DNA of 64,000 nt from Candidatus Binataceae bacterium (GTDB lineage: Bacteria > Desulfobacterota > Binatia > Binatales > Binataceae): positions 10,685 to 74,684 of the forward strand of contig DASPOF010000027.1 in assembly GCA_035626155.1 (NCBI GenBank). The letters are read 5' to 3'. Below the pieces are notes generated by a model, which was not told the origin of the DNA, ran no database searches, and saw only the letters and a list, made by a program, of their open reading frames with translations. Below, piece by piece: positions 20,286-30,017 of the stretch (position 1 is the stretch's first letter; each line of letters starts with the position of its first letter). Position numbers and translations under genes: made by a program.

Positions 20286-20603
20286 CCAATCCCTCTCCCT
20301 GAAAGGGAGAGGGTAGGTGAGGGTCCTAATATAGCGCCGCGTCGTTTGCGGCGCGGGCTAAAGATTCTGAGATATTCGATCGATCTTTCGAATCAGAATC
20401 TTATGTCGCACGCCTCGGATTTGCGCTCGCCCTTCGGATTAGTCATTCCCGCGCGTCTGAGTTGCCTGGCGCGCGAGGAATCCCGGATCTCATTCGATCT
20501 TTTCAGAATCTTATATCGCGCGATCGATGACGATCGCGCGACGCTGAGGACCCTCACCCGAACCTCTCCCATTCCGGTAGAGGAGTAGGAAAGAGGGAGA
20601 GGG
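20286..20603. repeat. Inverted pair of GGGAGAGGG elements (20286-20326 and 20548-20603) enclosing about 220 bp of palindromic non-coding sequence
   Basis: Left arm ccaatccctctccctgaaagggagagggtaggtgagggtcc; right arm ggaccctcacccgaacctctccc...gggagagggg in the opposite orientation. The interior holds a near-perfect long palindrome (agattctgagatattcgatcgatctttcgaatcagaatct). Confidence 0.7.
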
Positions 20604-20690
20604 GCAAAAGGGGCGCGCCTCAGGCGCTTGCGCGGAGGAAATCTCGGAGTTGAGATTCGACGCGACGAACGCGTAAAGTGACAAAATGTT

Positions 20691-20744
20691 GCGCGGGCGA
20701 GGACGCCCGCGCATCTCTCGGCGGGCACGGCGGCCCGCCCCACT
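20691..20744. repeat. 54-bp direct repeat, copy 1 (gcgcgggcgaggacgcccgcgcatctctcggcgggcacggcggcccgccccact)
   Basis: Repeated at 21193-21246 with one mismatch (53/54 identical). Contains internal hairpins. Confidence 0.8.
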
Positions 20745-20749
20745 AGTTC

Positions 20750-21169
20750 TTGATGATACAACCCAAAAACAAAGCAGCAGCCCTCTTTGCTTCCTTCGGT
20801 CTGGCACTTTTGTTGTCGTCGCCCGCGCTCTGTGGCGAGCCAATGTCGAGTCCAATGTACTCCAGCCCAGATATGCCAGGGAAAATCACAACTCCGTTTG
20901 ATATGCGCCCGACCGCATCATCGGGGCCCGTCGAGAATTCGGGGGAGAAGGCGGAGGCCCCGTCACCGCCTGCCGATCCGCTTTGCGAAAAGCTCAAGCG
21001 GCTGCGCGACCAAGTCCCCGGAGCGGAAGGAGGACCCGAGGGCCCACCTGCAAGCCACGCCCCCTGGGAATTAGAAATGCGGCGAAGGCGGGACCAACTG
21101 AACGCTGAGATCAAACAGGTCGAAGCTGAAATAAAATCGAAGGGGATCGAGTGCCCGCCGCCAGACTAG
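20750..21169 (+). CDS. Small secreted Cys-containing coiled-coil protein with a 'PLCEKL' motif
   Basis: Signal peptide (AAALFASFGLALLLSSPALC), an acidic/Pro-rich middle and a coiled-coil C-terminus. Shares the CEKL(xx)L motif with the 404-aa protein at 47845-49059. Weak RBS. Confidence 0.5.
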   Translation: MMIQPKNKAAALFASFGLALLLSSPALCGEPMSSPMYSSPDMPGKITTPFDMRPTASSGPVENSGEKAEAPSPPADPLCEKLKRLRDQVPGAEGGPEGPPASHAPWELEMRRRRDQLNAEIKQVEAEIKSKGIECPPPD

Positions 21170-21192
21170 CAGGCCCGGCCTAGCCGAAGGTG

Positions 21193-21246
21193 GCGCGGGC
21201 GAGGACGCCCGCGCATCTTTCGGCGGGCACGGCGGCCCGCCCCACT
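21193..21246. repeat. 54-bp direct repeat, copy 2
   Basis: gcgcgggcgaggacgcccgcgcatctttcggcgggcacggcggcccgccccact. Confidence 0.8.
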
Positions 21247-21272
21247 GTAAGCGCGGCGGGGCGTCGGCGGCA

Positions 21273-21956
21273 TCACGAGCGGGGGCGTGGGGCGGCGGCG
21301 AGAGACGCGCGCATCTGCCGGATCACCTCGGCGTAATCGCGCGCGGCGAAAATCCCCGAGCCCGAAACGAACACGTTGGCGCCGGCCGCTTTCACCTCCG
21401 CGATATTGCCCAGCTTCACGCCCCCATCGACCTCGATATCAATCGCAAGCCCGCGGCGGTCGAGTTCGCGGCGCACGATGCGCAACTTCTCCAGCGCCTC
21501 GGGAATAAAGCCCTGGCCGCCGAAGCCGGGATGCACGCTCATGATCAGGATCATGTCGAGGTGCTCGGCGAACGGGAGCACGCTATGCACGTCGGTTTCG
21601 GGATTGATCGCAATCGATGCGCGCGCGCCCATCTCGCGAATCCGTCTCGCGATCGCGGGGATATCCGGGCAGACCTCGCAATGCACCGAGACCAGGTCCG
21701 CGCCCGCCTTGATGAACGCGCCGATGTAACGCTCGGGCTCGGAAATCATCAGGTGCGCATCGAGCGGGAGCCGGGTCACTTTGCGCAGCGACTCCAGCAC
21801 CGGCACGCCGATCGACAGGTTGGGGACGAAATGGCCGTCCATCACGTCGAAGTGGATGAGGTCCGCGCCGGCCTTTTCGACCGCGCGGACTTCATCGCCG
21901 AGCCGCGCGAAGTCGGCCGACAGAATCGACGCCGCAATTTTGTCGGTACGCTCCAT
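21273..21956 (-). CDS. rpe: Ribulose-phosphate 3-epimerase
   Basis: IAASILSADFARLGDEV...HFDVMDGHFVPN...DGG, the canonical Rpe sequence. Confidence 0.9.
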   Translation of the reverse strand: MERTDKIAASILSADFARLGDEVRAVEKAGADLIHFDVMDGHFVPNLSIGVPVLESLRKVTRLPLDAHLMISEPERYIGAFIKAGADLVSVHCEVCPDIPAIARRIREMGARASIAINPETDVHSVLPFAEHLDMILIMSVHPGFGGQGFIPEALEKLRIVRRELDRRGLAIDIEVDGGVKLGNIAEVKAAGANVFVSGSGIFAARDYAEVIRQMRASLAAAPRPRS

Positions 21957-21961
21957 GGCGC

Positions 21962-22810
21962 TCAGGGTACCGTTCGCCGCGGCTGGCGGCGAGGGCGCTT
22001 TGGCTCCGCGCCCTTCTTCTCGCGCTCCTCGAGCATGCGCAACAGCTCCTGGTAATGCTTCGGCATCGTGACCGTCCCCCGCATCGCGACCGGGATCGGA
22101 TAACGGATTCCGCCCTTATGCGTCCCTTCCAACCCTTTGATCAACTCGCCCGCGAACTCCCACGGACACGCGAATACCATTTCGGTGTCCTGCGCCATGC
22201 CGAAGACGCGATCGCCATTGCACGGGATGATCACCTTGGGCGCGTTGCCGGCGATCGTCTGGATGACGATTTCCGCGCAATCCAGCCGTCCGCCGGTCGT
22301 GCTCTCGATCCTGCCGCCGCGCGTATAGAGCGCCGCGTTGACCAGGCGCATCACCTGCGCGCTGTTCGCATAGACGGCGACCACGTGCGGCTCGAATGTG
22401 GCGCGAGCGAGCGGCGCGACGCATACGTAGTCGTAAGTGCCAGGCTCAAAGCGCCACACGCCCGCCTCCAGGCGCGATGCGGCATCCTCGGTCTCGCAGT
22501 ACATCCCCGCCGATGCGAACCCGCGAAAATACTCGTCGGTCGGCTTGCGAAAGCCGAATGCGATCGCGGCGAGCGGGCAAATCACATCCTCTTTTCCAAC
22601 CGCGATCGACCATCCGTAGCGCCTCGCCACTCCGATCGACTGGCACACGATCCAATGCTCGCCCATGCTCTGGCTCGGGATGCGCACGCCCTCGGGGATC
22701 GCCTCGCCCGGCTTGAGCATCCGGATCGCGAGCGGATACGAGTCGGGCCGGATGTGGCGTGCGATCGCCTCGTCGAGCCGCATAAGTTGTTCGCCGAACT
22801 GCTGATCCAT
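21962..22810 (-). CDS. DUF169 (COG2043) family protein, tentative
   Basis: 282 aa from the ATG at 22810 with a GAGGGAAA RBS. Length and Cys pattern fit DUF169. The upstream part of the ORF (to 23149) is Arg-rich and overlaps rsmB. Confidence 0.45.
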   Translation of the reverse strand: MDQQFGEQLMRLDEAIARHIRPDSYPLAIRMLKPGEAIPEGVRIPSQSMGEHWIVCQSIGVARRYGWSIAVGKEDVICPLAAIAFGFRKPTDEYFRGFASAGMYCETEDAASRLEAGVWRFEPGTYDYVCVAPLARATFEPHVVAVYANSAQVMRLVNAALYTRGGRIESTTGGRLDCAEIVIQTIAGNAPKVIIPCNGDRVFGMAQDTEMVFACPWEFAGELIKGLEGTHKGGIRYPIPVAMRGTVTMPKHYQELLRMLEEREKKGAEPKRPRRQPRRTVP

Positions 22811-22947
22811 CGGAGTTTCCCTCGCGCAGGGATTCGGTCTCAGCGCCGCGCGTCCCATGACGCGCGGCATCGTGAGCACAGAATTATCGCATCGGATGGC
22901 CGCCGCCAAACCGCACGCGCGCGCGCGCCGCGGCCAATCGGATGCGG

Positions 22948-24342
22948 TCAGTCCGATTCTCGTACGAGGCGCGCGGAGAAGAAACCGTCCAGGGCGCCCT
23001 GGTCCGGGCGCGTGCGCATGAAGCCGTCGGCATCGATGACGCCGGCGAGTTCCGCGAAGTTGGGCGGCTGCCGGTCGATCCGAAATTGCGGATGCGCGGC
23101 GAGAAAATCGCCGATAACCATCGCGCCCTCTTCCGGCGCGAAGCTGCACACGGAGTAAACGAGCACGCCGCCCGGGCGCACGAGCGTGGCTGCATTCGCG
23201 AGCAACCGCGCCTGAAGCGCCGCCATCCGCGTGAAATCGTTAGGCCCAAGCCGCCATTTGATTTCCGGATGCTCTCTCAGCGTGCCGATTCCGGTGCAGG
23301 GCGCATCGAGCAGGACGAACTCGAAGCGGGCGGGCTTGAGCGGAGGCGCCGATGTCGCGATGTCGGCGCGGACGAAATCGATGTTTCGATGGCGCAGGCG
23401 GCGCGCGAGCGCGCGCGCGTTCTTAAGGCCGGTGAAATTGATGTCGATCGCGATCACGCGGCCGCGCTCGCCAACCAGTTCCGCAAGATGGGTCGTCTTG
23501 CCGCCGGGCGCCGCCGCGCAATCGATTACCGTCGCGCCCGGGCGCGGCGCGAGCATCCGCGCGACCATCTGCGACGCCTCGGATTGCGGATGAAACAGGC
23601 CCGCGCGATAAGACTCCGAGTCGAATCGCGGCGCACTGCTGAGAAGGATCGTTTCGGGCGCGCGGCCCTCAGAGCCGATCTCGAAGCCGTCGGCGCGGAG
23701 ACGCTCGATTAATTCGGCGCGCGAGCCGCGCCTGAGGTTCAACCGGATCGCATTGGGCGCGGCGTCGTTGTTCGCGGCCATCACGCGCTCGGCGCCATCG
23801 CGGCCGAACCATTCGACGAACCGCTCCACGAGCCATCGCGGATGCGATGCTGCGATCGCCAGCCGCTCCATCTCGTCCGCATCCGGGGCGGCAACCGGGA
23901 CCGATTCGCGCGCCGCGCGGCGCAGCACCGCGTTGATGAACCCGGCGGCATCGCGCGAGGCCGGGTTGTGCTTCGCAAGCTCAACCGATGTGTCCACGGC
24001 AGCGTGACGCGGAATCCGGTCTAGATAGCGAAGCTGAAAAAGCCCGAGCCGGAGAATCTGCAACGCGACGACCTCAATATCGGCGATCCGCCGGCGAGCA
24101 AGATGCTCGATCTCGAAGTCGAGCGGGGACCGCCACGCCAGCGTGCCGAGCACGAGCCGAGTCGCGAGCCTGCGATCCGCCGGCGCCAGCGCGGGCAGGC
24201 GCGCGCCGAGGAGCACGTCGGCAAACGCGGACCGCCGCTCCACATCGACCAGGATCCCGAGCGCGATTGCTCTGGCCGCCAGCCCGGCGCCGCGCTCGCC
24301 CCGCGCGTGCCCGCGGCCCTCGCGCGCACCCGGCCTGCGCAT
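22948..24342 (-). CDS. rsmB: 16S rRNA (cytosine967-C5)-methyltransferase RsmB/Sun
   Basis: N-terminal NusB-like domain plus a SAM methyltransferase with the catalytic pair (DAPCTGIG...; YSVCS). Conserved def-fmt-rsmB order. ATG at 24342. Confidence 0.8.
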   Translation of the reverse strand: MRRPGAREGRGHARGERGAGLAARAIALGILVDVERRSAFADVLLGARLPALAPADRRLATRLVLGTLAWRSPLDFEIEHLARRRIADIEVVALQILRLGLFQLRYLDRIPRHAAVDTSVELAKHNPASRDAAGFINAVLRRAARESVPVAAPDADEMERLAIAASHPRWLVERFVEWFGRDGAERVMAANNDAAPNAIRLNLRRGSRAELIERLRADGFEIGSEGRAPETILLSSAPRFDSESYRAGLFHPQSEASQMVARMLAPRPGATVIDCAAAPGGKTTHLAELVGERGRVIAIDINFTGLKNARALARRLRHRNIDFVRADIATSAPPLKPARFEFVLLDAPCTGIGTLREHPEIKWRLGPNDFTRMAALQARLLANAATLVRPGGVLVYSVCSFAPEEGAMVIGDFLAAHPQFRIDRQPPNFAELAGVIDADGFMRTRPDQGALDGFFSARLVRESD

Positions 24343-24350
24343 GCGCGCGC

Positions 24351-25298
24351 TCACGCGCCGAGCCGCTGGCCGGCGGCGAGCCTGCGCCCGCGCGCGAAGT
24401 CTGCGCCGCTCATCCGCTTGCGCCCGGCGGCCTGCACCTCGATGAGTTCGAGCCGTCCGCGGCCGCACTGCACGACGGGATTCGGCTTGAGCGTCACGAT
24501 CGTCCCGGGCGGCGCGGCGGCCGTCTCATCGCCGACTACCGCGGCGCGCCAGACCATCAGCGGCGTTCCATCCAAGGTCGTGCGCACGACCGGCCACGGA
24601 TCGAATGCCCGTGTCATTCGTTCGATCCGGGCGGCATCGGCGCTCCAGTCGATAATCGCGTCTTCCTTCTTTACCGGCGAAGTGTAGGTCGCGCGCGAAT
24701 CATCCTGCGGCGTCTCGACGGCTCTGCCGCTTGCGATCAGTTCGAGCGCATCGAGCAGGGCCGCGGCTCCAAGCTCGGCGAGCTTGTCCTTGAGCGTGCC
24801 CTGGGTTTCGTCCGGCGCGATCGGAATCGCGCGCTGAAGCAGTATCGCTCCCGCATCCATCCGCTCCGTCATCCGCATGATGCTGACGCCGGTCTCCGGG
24901 TCGCCCGCAAGGATCGCGCCCTCGACCGGCGCGGCTCCGCGATGGCGCGGGAGCAGCGATGCGTGGACGTTTATCGGCATGATGCGGGCAACGTCGAGGA
25001 CCGCCTTGGGCAGGAGGCGTCCGTAGGCAGCGACCACGAGCAGGTCCGGCGCGAATGATGCCAGCTCGGCCAGGAACTCGGCCGTCCGGACTTTCGCCGG
25101 CTTGAGCACGGGGAGCGAGAATCGCTCGCCGACCGCGGCAACTTCGCTTGGCTGGCGCGAGAGGCCGCGGCCGCGCGGCTCGTCGGGACGGGTTACGATC
25201 GCGACGACGCGAAACTGCGTCCCGCTCGCGGCGATAAGGCGCTCAAGGATGTGCGCCGCCATCGCCGGCGTCCCCATGAAAATGATCTTGAGGGGCAA
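24351..25298 (-). CDS. fmt: Methionyl-tRNA formyltransferase
   Basis: LKIIFMGTP...HASLLPRHRGAAP...; TTG start. Confidence 0.9.
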   Translation of the reverse strand: MPLKIIFMGTPAMAAHILERLIAASGTQFRVVAIVTRPDEPRGRGLSRQPSEVAAVGERFSLPVLKPAKVRTAEFLAELASFAPDLLVVAAYGRLLPKAVLDVARIMPINVHASLLPRHRGAAPVEGAILAGDPETGVSIMRMTERMDAGAILLQRAIPIAPDETQGTLKDKLAELGAAALLDALELIASGRAVETPQDDSRATYTSPVKKEDAIIDWSADAARIERMTRAFDPWPVVRTTLDGTPLMVWRAAVVGDETAAAPPGTIVTLKPNPVVQCGRGRLELIEVQAAGRKRMSGADFARGRRLAAGQRLGA

Positions 25299-25305
25299 CG
25301 CGATT

Positions 25306-25848
25306 TCAGATCCGAACCGCGGAGGGACGCACGCTGTCGGCCTTGCCCTCCCTGATTAATTTCCTGAGCTTGCGCTTGTACAGCTCGCGCTTGATCCGGC
25401 TGATGCGGTCGATGAAGAGCTTGCCGTCGAGATGGTCGATCTCGTGCTGGAGCGCGACCGCCAGCAGGTCCTCGCCCTCGATTTCGATCTCCTTCTCATC
25501 CGGCGTCCACGCGCGCACGAGCACTTTGGCCGCTCGCTCGACATCGGCGGTGTAATCGACTACCGAGAGGCACCCCTCTTCCCAGATGACCTTGCCCTCG
25601 GCCTCGACCACTTGGGGGTTGATGAGTTTCAAAAGATGCTTGCCCGGATTCTCGTGATCGGTGTCGAGTACAATGATCCGCTTGGAGTCGCCCACCTGCG
25701 GCGCGGCCAGACCCACCCCGGGCGCGGCATACATGGTCTGGACCATGCTCTCGATCAGCGTATTGACGCTGCCGTTGATGTTCGCAACCGGACCCGCCGG
25801 CTGCTTCAGGACTTCATCGGGAAATTTTCGGATTTTCAGTAAAGCCAT
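25306..25848 (-). CDS. def: Peptide deformylase
   Basis: Motifs GVGLAAPQVG, EGCLS, HEIDHLDG. ATG at 25848. Confidence 0.9.
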   Translation of the reverse strand: MALLKIRKFPDEVLKQPAGPVANINGSVNTLIESMVQTMYAAPGVGLAAPQVGDSKRIIVLDTDHENPGKHLLKLINPQVVEAEGKVIWEEGCLSVVDYTADVERAAKVLVRAWTPDEKEIEIEGEDLLAVALQHEIDHLDGKLFIDRISRIKRELYKRKLRKLIREGKADSVRPSAVRI

Positions 25849-26144
25849 CGAGGTGCGCGCCGATTCTGAAAATCTATCAAAGAGGCTCCAACGCCGAAAG
25901 GCGATGTTCCGCGGGCGCGGGTGATGCTCGCGCCGAACATCGCGGTGAATGGAGCAGGCCGGCGAGTTCAATCCAATTAACCGCCGGGAGCGCTGGCCGA
26001 CAGAAGGAATCCTAATAATGAAGCCTTTAGCGAATTATAAGCGCTTATGAAATGATGGACTTCAAGCCTTGGCGCCGCTAAATTGCTAAACTAATACAGG
26101 GTTGGTGGAAATTTTGCCGGCCCCCCAGGAGGCAGGTCGCAATA

Positions 26145-27755
26145 ATGGCCGGCGAGCCGAACAGCCAGGATCGGCAGGCGAGCGATGGCGCGCTTCGCGG
26201 AAATCTGGCGCGCCGGTTCATCATCGGCTCGATGGTTGCGGCGGTGCCGGGCGTGGTCGCCCTGGGCATCGTGAATTTTTACTCGATTCGTTCCTTGACG
26301 ATCGTCAATCGCCAACTCGATGAGATCACGCTCTCGCTCGATGCCACGCGCGACCTGCAAACCGCGCTTATCCGAGTCGCCAGGAGTCCGGACGAATACG
26401 TCCTGCATCATTATAAGGGAGAGGAGAAGGAGTTCGACCAGGCGCTCAAGGTGGCGCAGCGCAAGCTGGTCGCGTGCTCATCGGCCCCGTGTCACGCGGC
26501 CACAAAATCTCCGCGCGAGATGGCGAGCCTGCTCGAACCCAAGCTCGAGATTTTGCGCCGCGATGGCGGGATGGTCTTCAGGACCGCATCGAGCCAGCCG
26601 CCCGCCGGCAGCAAGGAGATCGACAAGATCGACGACCTGCTCGGCGGCATCGACACCCAGTTCGGAGAGATGTCGGACGCCTTGCTGGGCCGGGTGGAGA
26701 AACTGCGCGAGCGCGCGCAGGTCGTGGATCGCCAGGCTTTGATGCTCACCGGGTTCGCGACCGCGGCGGTGCTCGTCTTTGGAGTTGCAAGCGCGCTGGT
26801 GCTCGCCAAGCGGGTGTCGCGCCCGCTCGAGAAGTTGCTGGTTGGCACGCGGCGGGTCAGGGGCGGTGAGTGGGACTATCGCGTTCAGATCGAGGATGCC
26901 GGGGAGATTGGAGAGCTCGCAACGTCGTTCAACGTGATGCTGAATGAAATCCAGCGCCATCGCGATCAGCTAAGGGATTACGGCCGCGTCCTCGAGGAGC
27001 GCGTGCGAGAACGCACCGATGAACTCAAGCGCAGCGACAAAGCGCTGCGCGAATCGGAGAAGCTCGCATCGGTCGGGTTGCTTGCCGCCGGTGTCGCCCA
27101 CGAGCTGAACAACCCGCTGACCAGCATCCTGATGAACGCAAACCTGATCATGGAGGACGTCGGAAAGGATTCGCCGCTTCTAGGCGATCTTAGGAAAATC
27201 GACACCGACGCCACTCGATGCAAGCGCATCATCGACGACCTGCGCACCTTCTCCCGCCCGCGCGACCTCAGGCTCGCTCCGTGCCGCGTCGAGACGCTGG
27301 TCGATCAGGCACTCGAGCTGTCCGACCATGAGCTGTCCGCGCGGGGAATCAAAGTGGAGACGCAGATCGCTCCGAACCTTCCCCAGCCGCTGTGGGACGG
27401 CGAGCGGATTACGCAGGTTCTCACGAACCTTTTTGTCAATGCAGCCCAGGCGATGAAAAACGGAGGAACTCTCACGGTCAGCGCGCAGCAGAGCGGGCAG
27501 TCGATCGCTCTGCAGGTACGCGACACCGGCGAAGGCATCCCGCAGCAATACCGCTCGCGCATCCTGGAGCCGTTCTTTACCACCAAGCCCACCGGCACCG
27601 GATTGGGCTTGTCCATCAGCTACGGCATCGTCCAGGAGCACGGCGGTTCGATCGAGATGGAAAGCATCACTCGGGAGGAGGCTGACCCGACGGGCAGGAC
27701 GGGCACCACAGTGAACATCCTGATCCCGCTTTCGGCGCCACAGGAGCAGGCATGA
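26145..27755 (+). CDS. Sensor histidine kinase (two TM helices, periplasmic sensor, HAMP, HisKA, HATPase)
   Basis: H-box [10 protein letters not shown] and N/G boxes ([29 protein letters not shown]). The periplasmic domain contains CSSAPCH. Confidence 0.85.
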   Translation: MAGEPNSQDRQASDGALRGNLARRFIIGSMVAAVPGVVALGIVNFYSIRSLTIVNRQLDEITLSLDATRDLQTALIRVARSPDEYVLHHYKGEEKEFDQALKVAQRKLVACSSAPCHAATKSPREMASLLEPKLEILRRDGGMVFRTASSQPPAGSKEIDKIDDLLGGIDTQFGEMSDALLGRVEKLRERAQVVDRQALMLTGFATAAVLVFGVASALVLAKRVSRPLEKLLVGTRRVRGGEWDYRVQIEDAGEIGELATSFNVMLNEIQRHRDQLRDYGRVLEERVRERTDELKRSDKALRESEKLASVGLLAAGVAHELNNPLTSILMNANLIMEDVGKDSPLLGDLRKIDTDATRCKRIIDDLRTFSRPRDLRLAPCRVETLVDQALELSDHELSARGIKVETQIAPNLPQPLWDGERITQVLTNLFVNAAQAMKNGGTLTVSAQQSGQSIALQVRDTGEGIPQQYRSRILEPFFTTKPTGTGLGLSISYGIVQEHGGSIEMESITREEADPTGRTGTTVNILIPLSAPQEQA

Positions 27756-29137
27756 GCGCGGCACCTACGGCACGCGTGTTGGTCGTCGACGACGAACCCA
27801 ACATCGGCGATTCGATCAAAAGAGCGCTTGAGCGCGTGGGTTACGCAGTCGAAGTGGTGCTCAGCGCCGAGGCCGCGCTGGCGCGGCTCGAACACAACCA
27901 AATCGACCTGGTGCTGTGCGACCTCAAGCTGCCCGGGATGGACGGGCTCGGGCTGCTCAAAACGATCGTCGAGTCGCGTCATCCCGCGGTGGTCGTGATG
28001 ATCACCGGTTACGCCTCGATCGAATCGGCGGTGGAATCGATCAAGCTCGGCGCCGCCGATTACGTCAGCAAGCCCTTCAATCCCGAGCAGATTCGGCACG
28101 TCGTCGCCAAGGCGCTCGCGCAGAAGCAGTTGATGGACGAAAACGCCTACCTCAAGGGCGAACTCAGGCAGTTGTTCGGCGAGCGGGTGGTGGTCGGCCA
28201 GAGCGTCGCGATGCAGGCGCTGTTCTCGACCGCGCAGAATGTCGCGGTGACCGACTCGAGCGTGCTCATCATCGGGGAGAGCGGGACCGGCAAGGAGGTG
28301 CTCGCGCGCTTCATCCATGCGCAAAGTCCGCGCAAGGATCGGCCGTTCGTGACGGTAAACTGCGCCGCGATTCCGGCCAATCTGCTGGAATCGGAGCTTT
28401 TCGGCCATCGCAAGGGCGCTTTCACGGGCGCAATCTACAGCCGGCGCGGCAGCTTCGAGCTGGCCGACGGCGGCACCTTGTTCCTCGATGAGATCGGAGA
28501 GATGCCGCTTGATATGCAGGCCAAAATCCTGCGCGCGCTCGAGGAGCGCCAGATTCAGCGCGTCGGCTCCGAGGAGCCCACCAACGTCGATGTGCGGATT
28601 ATCGTCGCGACGAACAAAAACCTCGAGCAGGAGGTCAAGGCCGGCCGGTTCCGCGACGACCTTTACTGGCGGCTCAACGTCGTCCAGTTGAAGATACCGC
28701 CGCTGCGTGAACGTCCCGAGGACATAATCCCGCTCGCCCGCCATTTCCTGGCGATGTACGCGCAGGAAATGAAAAAGGCGGTGACCGATTACTCCCCCGA
28801 GGTATTGCGGATATTCAATCGGCACGACTGGCCGGGCAACGTCCGCGAGTTGCGCAACACGGTTGAGCGCGCCGTTATCTTCGCGCACCCCGGCACGCCG
28901 ATCCGCCTGGCTGATTTGCCGCCCAGCCTGCGCGATGCACCCGCGCAGCCGGGCGCCACGGCCCCTGCCCCCTCCGGCCCTCTGCCTACGCTGCGCGAGG
29001 TCGAACTCGAGCACATCCGCCATGTCGTCGATGCGTGCGGCGGTAATCGAAGCCGCGCAGCGGAGATTCTCGGGATATCGGTGGTCACGCTATGGCGAAA
29101 GCTTGGCAAAGAGGGGATGGGAAACGAGCCAGATTGA
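27752..29137 (+). CDS. Sigma-54-dependent response regulator (NtrC/AtoC family: REC, AAA+ sigma-54 activation domain, Fis-type HTH)
   Basis: REC with D in [13 protein letters not shown], Walker [15 protein letters not shown] motif and C-terminal HTH ([19 protein letters not shown]). ATGA overlap with the kinase. Confidence 0.9.
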   Translation: MSAAPTARVLVVDDEPNIGDSIKRALERVGYAVEVVLSAEAALARLEHNQIDLVLCDLKLPGMDGLGLLKTIVESRHPAVVVMITGYASIESAVESIKLGAADYVSKPFNPEQIRHVVAKALAQKQLMDENAYLKGELRQLFGERVVVGQSVAMQALFSTAQNVAVTDSSVLIIGESGTGKEVLARFIHAQSPRKDRPFVTVNCAAIPANLLESELFGHRKGAFTGAIYSRRGSFELADGGTLFLDEIGEMPLDMQAKILRALEERQIQRVGSEEPTNVDVRIIVATNKNLEQEVKAGRFRDDLYWRLNVVQLKIPPLRERPEDIIPLARHFLAMYAQEMKKAVTDYSPEVLRIFNRHDWPGNVRELRNTVERAVIFAHPGTPIRLADLPPSLRDAPAQPGATAPAPSGPLPTLREVELEHIRHVVDACGGNRSRAAEILGISVVTLWRKLGKEGMGNEPD

Positions 29138-29328
29138 GGCGTCCCGCGAGCCATTACATTTTGTAATCGCTTCCCAGCCCCCATTACATCATGAAATGGG
29201 AATGGTTAATCCCTCCCGGCCCGCCTCGCTCCCGACCCGCTTGCCTTAATCCCTCTACCGCCTCCAAGTAGGCGAATTTCTTAGCTTTTTTCACCAATCA
29301 GGAACCCGGATGGGACATCCGCCTGGTA

Positions 29329-29344
29329 TGGCATCAGGCTTGCG
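29329..29344 (+). promoter_or_regulatory. Candidate sigma-54 (-24/-12) promoter TGGCAT-N5-TTGCG
   Basis: tGGcatcaggctTGCg has exactly 10 nt between the GG and GC dinucleotides. It lies about 50 nt upstream of the cupin ATG and directly downstream of the sigma-54 activator gene. Confidence 0.55.
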
Positions 29345-29392
29345 GATGTGTCTCGTGGAGTGGGCAAAGAGAGCCCGCGAGGAGAGCTTGAG

Positions 29393-29767
29393 ATGCAAAC
29401 CGCCGCCGCAGCCAGCCATCCGCTCAATCCAGGGTTGGCGTTCCGTTCCATCCGGCACCGTGGCGCTACGGTGGCGGTGTTCTGCGGGCGTGAGGGCGTC
29501 GAGGTCGCAACGGTGGAGATCGAGCCCGGCGCCACGGTCAGGGAACCGTATCTCTGGAGCGCTCGCTCCTGGCACCTGCTTCTGGAGGGCCAGGCGAGCG
29601 TTGAGCAGGGCGCCGAGCGATGCGACCTGCTGCGAGGCGAGTCGCTCTTTCTTGATGACGCACCGTACAGTCTTAGCAACCCGGCACCACAGCGGGCGAG
29701 GTTGCTGACTGTGCTTTTCCACACGGACGAGCGATCTGAACAACCTGAAGGAGGAGACAGACGATGA
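29393..29767 (+). CDS. Cupin-domain protein
   Basis: GAGGAGAG RBS and a cupin_2-like two-motif pattern (ATVREPYLWSARSWHLLLEGQASVE...GESLFL). Confidence 0.6.
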   Translation: MQTAAAASHPLNPGLAFRSIRHRGATVAVFCGREGVEVATVEIEPGATVREPYLWSARSWHLLLEGQASVEQGAERCDLLRGESLFLDDAPYSLSNPAPQRARLLTVLFHTDERSEQPEGGDRR

Positions 29768-30012
29768 TCGCGAGACAGAAATTCGTGATGTTTGGCATTG
29801 GGATTTTCATTTGGGTGAACGTGCTCACGATCGCGTTGAGCACCTGGCGCTTCGGTTACGTCGATGTGCGCACCGTCGCCCAGATGGGATTGATCGCGCT
29901 TCCGCCGCTCATCGTCGGAGCCTTCCTGCTCGCGCGCCCGGGCGCTGGTTCTCGGTTAACCAACCCTGAGCTCCCTGGCAGGGCAACCGTGGCCGTTAGG
30001 CATGCGAGGTAA
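29764..30012 (+). CDS. Small membrane protein (2 TM), hypothetical
   Basis: ATGA-coupled to the cupin; hydrophobic helices FVMFGIGIFIWVNVLTIAL and LIALPPLIVGAFLLA. Confidence 0.4.
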   Translation: MIARQKFVMFGIGIFIWVNVLTIALSTWRFGYVDVRTVAQMGLIALPPLIVGAFLLARPGAGSRLTNPELPGRATVAVRHAR

Positions 30013-30017
30013 GACCA

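Noticed and set aside
20393-20761. 122-aa minus-strand ORF spanning the empty inverted-repeat pair.
   Set aside because: It reads through the palindromic MITE interior and the 54-bp direct repeat, and has no RBS or domain. Most likely it is not a gene.
22811-23149. Long N-terminal extension of the DUF169 ORF (to 23149) and of rsmB (to 24468).
   Set aside because: The extensions are Arg-rich low-complexity and overlap the upstream genes. Internal ATGs with RBS at 22810 and 24342 fit family lengths.
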